DNA of 64,000 nt from Chrysomallon squamiferum (taxonomy: Eukaryota; Animalia; Mollusca), in assembly GCA_012295275.1 (NCBI GenBank), contig CM022671.1, forward strand, positions 22,506,001-22,570,000. The letters are read 5' to 3'. The position numbers and the translations under genes are program-made. The notes beneath the pieces were generated by a model. The model saw only the letters and a list, made by a program, of their open reading frames with translations. It was not told the origin of the DNA and did no database searches. Positions 26,300-43,070 of this stretch are shown here, piece by piece. Numbering within the stretch: position 1 is the first letter of the stretch; each line of letters opens with the position of its first letter.

Positions 26300-26749
26300 T
26301 AGTGTCGTTCTATTTTTAATGATCATGAGACAATGGGCATTTCTGTATTACTATCATAACATTTTTCTCGGTAAACAGCCCTATGTTTCATATAGATACA
26401 TATTTTTATTTTATTTTATTTTTCTGCAATTACTAATGTGTTTCACAAAATTTATATTTATTTTCATACTCTTTTTTTTTTTTAGTTTTAATTTATTTTC
26501 TGTATTCCTCAGCCTGTATTTATTTTTACTGAATGAATTTTTTTTTTTTTTCCCCTTTGCTAAATCTTTCCAGTATTTAAATCAACTGATTTTGTCTCAA
26601 TTAAAAAGCAACTTCAGTAGACAACTTTTGTTATAATTCAAATAAAACAGAATTTCAGATAATTTTTTGACATTTTTCAAATTGAACCATATACATATAT
26701 TATTTTGACTTGATTTTAAAACTATTAATTTTTAAGAGTTTTATATTTT

Positions 26750-26784
<35 letters not shown>

Positions 26785-29700
26785 TTTCCATTTTGAAGTA
26801 AATTTCATTGTTACCAGTTTTATACTAACTGGATTCCTAAACAAATTCAAAAAACAAAAATCAAATGGTTTGCAATTACAAATTATGCAATTTTTGTTTA
26901 GTTTTACTAGGAACTGGAAACATATTTATCTTTTTATGTCCATTAACATAAAAACAATAATAGTTATTGTCTGTGTATATTTGATATCTACAGCTTATAA
27001 ATATTAACCATCAATTTGCCATATGTAGTAATTTAATTTGCTTTGTGATATTCATGTTGTCATTGTTAATTTGTGTCAGATTTTTTTTCTTTCTGAAGTG
27101 AAAAAATGTGCAATTGTTTTCTGTCTTATTGTAACGGGTATGGAAATTAATATTTTCAAATTGATTTAATTTTTATATAAGCCTTTCACTATAGTCTCAA
27201 TTGGAAGAGAGGGGCTTTATTTTTCGGAATTGCAGGAAGCCAAAAAAAATTCTCACTTTTTGAAATTCATTTTGAAAGGTGATATATTTATGGATGGTCT
27301 TTTTTGGAGAGTTTTCTTCCTGGTTATTTTATTGATTATTTAAAAAAAAAAAAAAAAATATTATTTTATTTTTTATTTTGTCACATTTCTTGTAGAATAT
27401 CAGTTTGTTGTTGTTTGGGTTTGTTTCTGGTGACAGCTATTTATCTTTTCTTCTCTTTTGAGGCGTTAATTGAAATAATAATTTGGCAGGAACCCAGTAT
27501 AACATACTACAAAAACATATACTATCTAAATGTATTCTTCTCATTTTTAATTGAATATGTTTGGTTAGAAGGGTTAAAAATTAGGAAAGAGCCTGATCTT
27601 CTATTTTGTCTACTTCAATTTGAATGTTAAAAAACAAACAAAAAAAAAACATTTCAGAATTTGGAAAATAATTTCTTTTGTGTTTTAACTGAATTCCAGT
27701 AATCTTGTATATTTGTTACTTCAATTAATAATTTTTCTTGTAAAGTGGATAATTGTTGGCTCTACCAAAGTATCTTGGTCTCACATTCCGTGTGTTGTAT
27801 CCAAATACACACACAACAGTACATATCTCAGTTTTATTTTTATTATTATTTTATGAAAGCAAATTGGCTTCATTAGTTCCATGGTACATAATTTACCTGC
27901 ATATTTATTCATATGTTAATCATTTGTCTTCTGATTCCTGCCTTTGTTTAGAATCTTTCTTTTCTTTTCTGTTGAAAAATAGTTTGTCGTATCTGATCTC
28001 ATTTTGTAGCTCTTCTCATCACGTATATATTTTCACATTTCTGTTATTATTTCTATTAAAGATTGTATTCATATATTATTTTACAAATCTGCTGTTTTTA
28101 AACAAATTTATGGAGAAGGCATGTGATGCCAGTATGTGTAAACATAATGTATTGTCATTGGCTCCAGTGTATTTGAAGGTTTTTTCCGAGGATGTAGACT
28201 GATATCACTATCATCACTATCCAAAAGTAATATTAAAATATCCAAGTAAATAGATTTAAAAAAATAAAAAAATAAAAAAAAATTCCAATTGATCTTACAT
28301 AGCATTAAATGGAAATTAAAGCCAAAAAAATAAAGAAAAATGTATCTGTCAAAATAATGCATTTGACTTTGTTTTTACAATTGTTACTCTTTCATGTGAT
28401 TTGTTGTTTGTGGTATATTTAAATATTATCACCTAAATTTGTAAATGCTTCTTTGAAATTATTTTTGAATTTATAATTAATCTCTGAGTGCATTCATTGC
28501 TTTAATGCCATTGATACAATTTTTATTTTAAATTGGCATATTGTCTTTGAGAACCTTATAGTGTATTTTCTGATACAAAAAAAAAAAAAATAATAATAAA
28601 TATGAAAGTAATTGAATGAAATTATTTTTGGAATTAAGAAAAAAATTCACTGAAATACTTCAGTTTTATTTACTAAAGCTTTCTATATTCTTGTGTATTT
28701 TATTTTCACGCAGTTTTCACAAAAATATCCTCAGTGTAAGATTGGCAATGATATGTTTATTGTATGCATGGTTTAGTTTTAATTTAACTAGAATTAAGTC
28801 TTTGATTTCATTTATTCCTTATTTTGAATATCCAGCATTAGTATGATAATTTATTAATATTAAGTACATGCAGTTCATTCCCCATCACATTTTTGAGTTT
28901 AGCCTGATTTGTCATCATATGTAGCTGGGAAACCACTTTTCGGTTACACATTGTTTAAAATATAGTTTATAATTTTTATTCACAGTTCAGTCCCCATTAC
29001 AGTTTTGATTTTATGTGGACTTGTCATTAGTACCATGTATATATTGTACACATTTATGTTGTCCTGGTATGGCTAATATTCTTCATGAAATTTGCTTTGT
29101 ATCTTCTGGTATGTATGACCATCACAGCGCAGATTTAACATAGTACAGCATTGAGACTTCCCAATGTTAATATTGTTAATCATTCATATCTGTAATTGTA
29201 CTAATAAATGTTAGATCAGATTATTTAAAGTAAAGTATTGAAAAGTAAAAGTATGTAACCAGCAGGTTTGTTTTAAAGGGCAGCTGGTAGAGAAATTCAT
29301 ATTGGCTTTCCAACAATGATTGTTGGTATCGTTATTAACCTTTTTTCATTGTACAGTACAAAGTATGTGGTATTAAAATGAAAGACATGTAAATAGAATG
29401 TAAGCATATTGAAACTGTAACAACATTCCATCCATACAGGTATTATTTTGAGAACATCTGGATTTTCATTTAACTGTGTATTCGTATAAAGGACACAATG
29501 CTATACAGGTTGGGTAACAGTATGGTAAATAGGAATGTTCTAGTTTCTGAGTTTTGTTGCTGATGTTAATGGTATTTTCAGGTGATTAAAGGCAATATAA
29601 ATAGACTTAAAAAGATAATGAAGGCTTCATTTAATATATCCAGTTTAAAAATTATCTTCAAAAGGCTTCTGATTCACTCTAATGAACCTAATATTATAAG

Positions 29701-32085
29701 ATAAATATATTGATTTTGGTATGGCTTTTTTATCTGGCATAAAACATTCTTACGTTTTCTTGGAGTAAGCTTCAGTTTGTAGGCAGTTGTTTTGCAAAAC
29801 TAAAGTTTCAAAAAAAAGAAAGAGTAACGTCTTCATTATCGATTGCTGTTCATTTGTTAGTTATTTTTAATTTGGGAACATTCTCTCAGATCTCAAAAGA
29901 TTTTTGTTCTTGTAAATAGTGTCTGTCGCATGATTGTGCCATTCACATTTAATTTTTATGTTTAAAAAATTTGTTTGGCTAAACTGTCCGTCCAGAAACC
30001 CAAGACTGCTTTTTACAGTGTTAAGTGTAAAATGTCAAAAAGAATGTTTGAGTTTCACTTAAAGTGTTGTGAGCCTATTAGAGACCTATGTATGTGTACA
30101 TTCAGAAAAATGATTCTTATTTTACACACAACTCATGCTTTAAAAATAAATAAAACGGACACATTAGTATGCTCTGTATGTTGTTTCAATAAATGTTCTA
30201 AATAAATAATATAATTACTGATACAAAATGTCAAATATCAGAAGTTTAAATAATCAAACATATGGTTACAGATTAACGCAAGATACTTCAAGGGTAATGG
30301 TCTGTAATTTAGTTTCATATTCTTTTACTAACAACAGTAAAATTATTCTCTCTTCTTTTTTTTTTTTTTTTTTGTTCATTCCTGAAAGTGATATTCCATT
30401 CCAAATAGTGGATTAATAATTATTTTGTCTGAAAGGTTGTATTCAGTTTATTCCATGATCAAAAAAAAATAAATAAATAAATGTACATTAAAGGTTTCAC
30501 ATTATTACTCTACCTGTAAATGATAACAAATTGTTAATTCATCTGTGACAAATGTAAACATTCCAATATTTGATTTTATCTTTGATTCTTCTGTTTTAAT
30601 TAACAGAAAATTATTACCATTCAAATATCAAAATATTTGAATTAAAAATGTGTCCTGTATGTCAAAACAAAACTAACATGACAATCTTTTACAGTGCGAC
30701 TATTTGTTCTTCATTTTTACAAATCATCTTGTATTATCATACTTGTTCTACTGATAAGATGGTATTTAATGTTAACAGCTAGATCTAATTTTTATTGTTT
30801 TAATTTAGTTCTGTGTTGTAAATTTTTTTTTTTTTCATTTTTTTTTTAAATCAATAAATATGAATATTGTTTCATTTTTTTGTTGTTGTTGTTGTTGTTT
30901 TAAGAGACATTGAGCGTGCCTGAGGATAAGTGAATATTGATGTTAACAAAACTACACATAGCAATATTGTATTTAAATAACAAAACTTCATTTCTTCAAA
31001 TTAACCATTTAGCAAAAAGGGGGAAATTGCACAATACTCTGAATTATGCCTTACAAAAATAAATAAATTTAAAACTGGTTTTTCATGATAGCATTCACCA
31101 ACCATCATTAATAATAAAAGTTTACCCAGTATTTAATTACAGACTGTCTTTCATTTTCAGAAATATTTTGGCAATGTTAATGTCACAGGAGACCAGTTAA
31201 TAAATAAATAAATAAATAAATAAATAAATATTAAAATTTTGTTCCATAGTTAATAAACAAGAACACTAAATAATGAAAGATTGATACTTTATTCAAGAAG
31301 ACTGTGATTTCAAAACTTTATTTATTCTGTTTTCTTTACATAATAAATGAATATAGCTGCAGAGAAGAAAACCTCTGCAAAATGATGAAATTAAACGCTG
31401 GACAGGAAATCATAAGTTAACACGAAGTATAAAAATATCTAATACTATATGAAGACAAAACTCATCCAGTATGAATTCCTTTAAGAAACTAGTAGATTAA
31501 AATAGTTTTACTGGAAAAATTATATAAGTGTGCAAAAGTCAGTTTCACTTTCCTGCAATTTCAATTTTTATAATTTGACTGGTCAACATTTTTAACTCTA
31601 CACACTACAAGGAGGAAAAAAAAACAAATAATAGTAAATTAACATATTTAATTCTGCAGTTTCTTTTCTTCTGACAAATCACATGCTGATTGTTTACTCA
31701 CATGTCTAGTTTTTCTGAATAGTAATGACATTTATGTTTCATTATTTGTCAGACAATTTTAATAATTTTAATTTCATGATGGCAATTATTTTCTTTGGGG
31801 TGTATGTAAGCACTTTTGAAATACTAACTATAATAAATTTCTTATTTCAAATTGAAAAAAAAATTAACCATACTAACGTGAAAATTTTGCGTATTTTTTA
31901 TTGTATTTTTTTAAATGGAGTGGGGAAAAAAAAGTTCAATTGCACTTTTTGCCCCTGGATCTGCTTTATTACTCAATATGACATTTATGATATCACTTAC
32001 AAATTTTCTGATCCAAAAGTTTATATTTTTTATATTTCGGTATATCATGTCATTTCATAATGGTGCCAGTCCAAATCCAAGCACA

Positions 32086-35919
<3,834 letters not shown>

Positions 35920-36439
35920 GTTGTTTCTTTATTTCGTTTTCTCCTTTCAACAGCGCATCTGGGTTACACTCTTCCTTTCATTGACCTTTACTGTTATTTC
36001 AGTTAAGGTTTATTATGTGTTAAAAATAATTTCAAATATTAATTTTCAAGCTATAATTTTTGTTTTTAGTGTTTAACACATTTTTAAATGTCTAAACATA
36101 GGTAATTAATATAACACGTAATTAATTACATAATTAAATCGCGTATTATTAATTCCGTTGTTAATTAATGTAAATAAAGAACAATGATTTTCTGTTAGTA
36201 TAATTATATTATTATAACCTTTCACGTTAACTGTAAATCACAACCATCTGTTTATATAATTGCTTTATTGTAGTATTACTAAATGAGAAAAAACGCTGTT
36301 TATAATTCAGAATTAAATAAATGAATGAATGAACGAAAGTTTAACGGCACACCATCACGAAAAACAGATCTGCAGTTGCGTGTCAGACAGATGTATAAAA
36401 AAAATTAAATATAAGATTAAATAGTAAAAAAGTATAAAA

Positions 36440-36484
<45 letters not shown>

Positions 36485-36942
36485 TAAACATAAAGAGCTC
36501 TGCAAAATATGTGTAACATTTAATTGAAATATAGAATTTATTATAAAATTTATTATAATAAATAAATTATTATAATTAGTATTAAACTTGGTAATAAAAA
36601 TATATATTCAAAATATAATTAGGTATTAAAAAACATAAAATTTTTGCATCAAAATACAATGGCAAATTATCCTAAAACAGTGATGGAATTCACTTAACAC
36701 TAACAGTTGTAAAACGTTTCTCTTCAAAATTATTTGAAACCATTTCTGATGATCAGGAAACCAGATATGTTGTGTAGACTTGTTTTAATCATTACAGCCA
36801 AGCTTTGCTTACAGTGAATAAGGATCACCAAAAAAAAAGAAGCCCACAAGGCACATTATCATGTCACTTTTAAAATTTTTGTTTAATATAAATAATCTAT
36901 GATAGGTCATAATTTATTCTATCTTGTTTATGTAATATTTTT

Positions 36943-36993
<51 letters not shown>

Positions 36994-38174
36994 GCACATA
37001 TAATTCACTTATTTAAACTTAATAAATTCCACTGAGTTTGTTTATTTGCTGTCATTGTTAACAAACCCTAGTATCTTGGGAAAACTAAAATAAATGTTTA
37101 CAAACAATTATATAATGTACATTTTGCTATTTAGTTCCTTTCAACAAAAGAAAAGGCACATTTTAGCTTCAGGACAGATCAGATTAATAAAATGTAATAA
37201 TTATAGTTCAACAGCAACAACAAAAACACAGGTCTAATTAAATCTTAATCATACAATGAATTTATTATTTTAACAAAACAACACACAACCATGTTAGACA
37301 TTTTTTTATTTACAAAAATTAAAAAATTAAAATGATTAACTGTGTTAACATTATGATGAAAAATAAAGTGAAAGACACATAATTTGTTTTAAAAGTTTAT
37401 CACAGATGTACGTAACAAATTGCTAATTTAGTAAATATTTGGATAGATCACCATAATGTAAAACTTCGATCACTGATTTTACAAGTGTAATGGATCTGAC
37501 AGTCTTCCTGAGAGTGACTACTGTGTTTGTCCCATTCAAACCTGAGCTCCTCTACAAGTATATCAAAGGCTGCTGTTTATGCCACCCTGTCTGTTGAAAT
37601 ACCAGTATTAAAACTTTACACATCTGGAAGATCTAACAGACTACAAAGTAATTTGTAAAGTTCATTTCCTTAGATATTTTAGTTTATACAAACACTAACT
37701 AATTTGTTTTATTGTTATATACATCTAATGACAAACAGTTAAACTGAACTGTAAAGTTAAACTGAGATGTATGGAAGACAACTTGAATTAATATACTGCA
37801 TTACTGTCACATGATCATTTATGTCTGAATAATTCAGATTTTAAACATTATATACCGAGGCAGAAATACCCATATATATGCATGGACAAGCATGCTTGAA
37901 TGCACAAACACAAACAGTCATACATAAAAAAACAACAAAAAAAAACAATTCTTGCCATATCTGAATAATCTGAAAAATTTCCATCAATGTTTTCTTTATG
38001 CCATTTCCTCATTTTTGATATTTATGGATTTCTAAAATAACACTGACTTTTGAAACATTTCTCATTAAAATAACTGTTAATAATTATGTGCATGGATGCA
38101 AAGGTTATTAAGATTGTGTGGTGTTTATTTTCACTGTTTTGAATTTTGTATTAAGTACACAAACGTTAACATAC

Positions 38175-38176
<2 letters not shown>

Positions 38177-38254
<78 letters not shown>
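38177..38254. repeat. (GA)n microsatellite
   Basis: Directly visible. Confidence 0.97.
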
Positions 38255-38258
<4 letters not shown>

Positions 38259-38858
38259 ACATTACATGACCAATTTAAAAAGTAATAATACAAAGTTTCA
38301 TATATATATATATATATAGCATAAAGCAATGATTTAAAAGAAGTTCTGTAATAAATGACAATTCTTTGTAACATAATCACAACAACAAGAAATTATAGGA
38401 AAAGATGTTTCCTCAATGCTACAAATAGCTCATATGTACACTAAACTGAAGTTAAAAAATGTTTAAAATCACATTTGTATTAATACTTATAATATGTGGT
38501 CATTACTGTCACATCATCAGGGTACTTAATTATCTGACTGTTATATCAAAATATAGTTAACTAAGAAACTATATATATATTATATATTAATTAATTAATT
38601 AATGGGCAGTTTAAAAAAGCAATGATCTATGAATTACACAATGTAAACAAAACATAAAAAAGATGAAAAGACATTATAAACACAATACAGTGTCCACTGA
38701 AAAGGTTTTAAACAAAATTGCAAAAGATCAAACTTTAGTACAAAATATTAAATGATTATAAACAAATAAGAACTAGAATTTACACGTAAACATTAGATGC
38801 AAATCAAATAAAATAAAAAATCCTTAAACAAAGGTAACGTCATCAAGCACTATATATA

Positions 38859-39530
38859 CAGTATACCCTCACCTATTCGCGGGTTAGGCTCTTAACCCTA
38901 TCCCATCGTATGCTGGTATACCAGGCTAGCGTCATAACGTCATAAAAACAAATGTTCGGTAAACCGCACAAACAATATCAAATTTTTTCAATTATTATTG
39001 CAATACAGTACGTATTTTTTTTATAAATGCATACACTGTATATACAGTGCATATTTTTTGTGACCGTGTATTAATAATGTTTTTAATTGCATATTATTAC
39101 CTGAACTGTGCGTACTGTATTTATCTGTCTGTTTTGCCTTTAAATTTGTTCCACTTTCTGTCAATTCTAATACATATGCTGTACGCATAGAAAATTTACG
39201 GTGCAGTAATACAGTATGGGTAACTGTGCTATGCGGTGTTACTGTCCTCATGTACTTACGTTTCTTTCTGATTAAAATATTGTTTCAGTACAAAATTAAA
39301 ATGTGTTTACATTATCACTACTACATTAGTGAAATACATAACTGCATGCAATATTACTACATTATTACTGTATTAATGAGTAAGAGTGTCTTTAGAAAGT
39401 GTTTGGGAAGCATTTAGTACCGTATATAATCTCATAATAGACGTTTTAAAACTGCATCCAATATTCGCGGTTTTTCGCTATTCGCGGGGGGGTAAAGAAC
39501 GTAACCCCCGCGAATAGCGAGTGAATACTG
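38859..39530. mobile_element. Non-autonomous Tc1/mariner (pogo/Tigger-like) MITE, ~672 bp
   Basis: TA on both flanks; imperfect TIRs CAGTATACCCTCACCTATTCGCGGG versus reverse complement of right end CAGTATTCACTCGCTATTCGCGGG; no transposase ORF; perfect 16-bp subterminal hairpin 39475-39490/39505-39520. Confidence 0.85.
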
Positions 39531-41398
39531 TATATAGTTTTTCAGTTTTTTCACTATAACTCTTAATATTTTGCATGAATAAAGATATACTTTAAAAAGG
39601 TTTGTTATGTGAAACTGTTTCCAAATGTGTGTGCATGTGTGCATGTTTGTGTACGTGTGTGTAATGATTTAAGAATTACGTATCAACCATCACTATATTC
39701 ATCTTAATATTGTATAATTTGTAAACATGTATTACTGGTATCTGCTGTGTTTTATTAATGATTTCATCTCAAGCAACGTATCACCAATGCCATTACAAGC
39801 ATAACTCCAGCTGTGCTTGAACGTGTTCTTCAGCAGTGGAGGACACACATGGTTTTTCATATAAAATATACCCCCAATATATTTAATTGCATGATAAATG
39901 GAAATTATGCTAGTGGAATGTATTCTGACTAGTAACAAAACTGCATTACTGATTTTTGGATATGTCATACTTATATTTAGCTTGTGTACATTTTATATAA
40001 CCTGGATGTATATAACATTACAAACCATCTCCTGGAATTGTATGACATTTCAAGAGTTATATAATTAAAAACATGGATAAATATTTTCTTGTAATGAGAA
40101 ATTATAAATAATGCATAAAATTTGTAACGTAATGTCATGATAAGTAAAATATTATAGTATTACTTTTGAATAATTAGAGAATTACAAACATTATGCTTTA
40201 AAATTTTCATTCTGAGGTATTTATATAATGCATATAATTTTATCTAATATTGTTAATGATAACACATTTACATTTTCATTGCAATGATCTGTAGGGCAAA
40301 ACCTTCAAAATAAATGATGAAATATTATGTTTTGGGATGTATGGAAATCATGGTTCATCAAAAACAATATATATATATATAAATTAAACAATAATTTAGA
40401 AAAAGCAATAAAAAAAACAACAACAAACAGCTGTCATGTCAGTATATCAAATGTAAAAAAAGAAGACCATAACTGAACCTATGAGAATATCATCTATTGA
40501 TTACTGCAGCTGATTTAAAACACTGAAACAGTATACTGGTAACTTGACTTGTTTTTTCTTTTCAATTATCTTTAACTTGATCTTTTTTATTAAAACACAA
40601 TCAGCATGTGGCTTTTATTTGCAACATGAATAAAAGGAATTTAATTCATTGAAAGGAATATAATTTAAAATGAAATAATAGTTACTGTTGCCAGTATTAT
40701 TAAAAATGAATGAAGGCTATCATTTACAATAAAATAAAATAATAATAATAATAATAATAATACAAAGAACAATAATAATAATCATAAATTTATAAATCCT
40801 AAACAAATAAATAAGATATGAAACTCACTAATCATGATTTAACATGACAAAAATATTAAACTCAAAAAGTTTAAAATTATCTGTGTACATGTGTGCATGT
40901 CTGAATATGTATATGTATACATATGATTGATAAAAAGACAATATACTTCATTATAAGTAAAAATGCACATTCATATATAAAGGACTTAAGTTACTTTTTT
41001 TAATGCTCTTGGCAAGAGTTATGTATTTTCAGTCCCCATATAGAAGCTTCAGAAACAACATGTTACAATGTATTAGCGAACTGTTCTTCTAAAATTTAGG
41101 TCTCTTTTGGAATTAAATATATCAGTAGTGTTGTCATGTCATTTAAACATTAGCATTTGGTTAATATATATATATTAGCAATAACAAACCACTTCATATG
41201 TCAAAAGGTTTCATACTGCTAGGGTTACAGCATCAGATTTTTTTTTTTTCTGTCCTTGCAGACAAATAGCTGACATTAGCAACAGGGTTTTTAATTTTAT
41301 TATTATAATTTTTATTATTATTATTATTATTTTTTTTTTTGTTAAAAAAAAATAAAAAAATAAAAAAATACTTAAACTAGTAATGAAATGTAAATACA

Positions 41399-41811
41399 TC
41401 AGTCGAGACCATCCATTAATCCACGGCCATTGGGTATGGCTGACGCAGGGTGCTGGAGTGATTTTTCAGTCACATGTATTTTCATTCTGTTACTGTCAGT
41501 CTCCAAATTCAGTACTCTGACCACCACCAGGAACAGAAGTAGTCCAATGAACTCCACTCCGGCCAGAAAGTAGAAATAATAATCCAGGTGGCAGTCTATT
41601 AGTGACTTATTGCAGTTTTTGCGGCAACTGATGTTGTCGTGGATCCAATTGATGTTGCCAGATTTCTGATTGCTGATCCACACATCAGCTTCACTGAAAG
41701 CTGTGATTATGGCCGTTCCAAGCAAACTACCAATTCCAGAGAAGAAATAGAAGAGTCCCATTATAATTGCTTTCATGGAGTTGGGAGACATGGAATAAGC
41801 AAATTGGAGAC
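41399..41811 (-). CDS. SLC15A4: SLC15A4-like exon 8 (terminal)
   Basis: [32 protein letters not shown]...[13 protein letters not shown]...MDGLD-TGA. Confidence 0.93.
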
Positions 41812-41874
41812 CTACAAAAATGATGAAGTAAAATTAGGCTTGTGTAAATATTTGTGTCAATATTTGTCAATAGG

Positions 41875-41935
<61 letters not shown>

Positions 41936-43022
41936 ATAAACATAGGATTAACAGTTTGTTTATGAATTGTCTGTTTTCACTAAACATCTAGCCCTTAGTT
42001 TTTAAGCATACTGTGTGTATATCTACCAATTTGCTTCCTAAGAACAAACCCAAACCAAGTATAATGACAAAATTAAAGTTTGGTTATCAACTGCTAACAG
42101 TAAAGTTTATTGTAGTCATATCAACAGGCTAAGTATTAATGTGATGTTAATTCTATCTACAGATGGAATTTAATTTTGGATATGCATTTTCTTATTTTCC
42201 AAAAGCCAGGAAACCAAGATGGCCACAAAATGTTGCATACCATTGCAGCTCACACAGAAAACATGATGCTAGGAGACTGCAAGGTTTTGTTCTGAAATTC
42301 TTCATATATGTCCATAATATATTCAATACTTAGGAATATTTGTAAATAACGAAATCCATACAAAAGTTCAAAACAGTTTTTAACAAACCTGCTACACTTG
42401 TGAAGACCTCACTGATGCCAATAAGAATGTACTGTGGAATCTGCCAAAGAATGCTGAAATCTGCTGCATTGTATCTGTTAGGTCCTGATTAAAAATAAAA
42501 GATAGTATTTTATTTAACTCCATTAAACAGGAATATAGCATCTTTTTTATTCAGATTTTATGAACTGCAATAGTTTTGAGATATATTTTAAAAAGAAAGA
42601 AGAAATATAATGATATGGGAAAAAGTTAAAAGCCACTGGCCGATTGCTTATGAAAAAAATAATCCATGTAAGGGAAGAACCCTGATATACAGAATTATGT
42701 AAACAGGCAGACACATACACATGAAATATTTCATGTCAAGAAATATTTACAGATATGGAAATACAAATATACCTATCATTTGGTTGATAGATTGATTAAC
42801 ACAAGAACTGGAATTTGTCCAAAAGGCATGAAGTCTGTAATGTTCCACAACTCCTGCTGCCAACATAGAAGCAATGGCAAAGAACATTCCCACAGCAATT
42901 CTTTTTATCATAGAGAAATTGTATCCTGCCTTGGCCAGTCTTGGGTAGATGCATCGATCAAACAGTGGAAGCAGCATGATCAGAACTAATATATCAAATA
43001 AAGACAACCAGGCAGGAACAAT

Positions 43023-43070
<48 letters not shown>

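Noticed and set aside
36320-36395. (GAAT)n followed by a short CpG-containing segment upstream of LRRC47, resembling a SINE-tail fragment
   Set aside because: Single short copy in the window; no family can be assigned without a repeat library.
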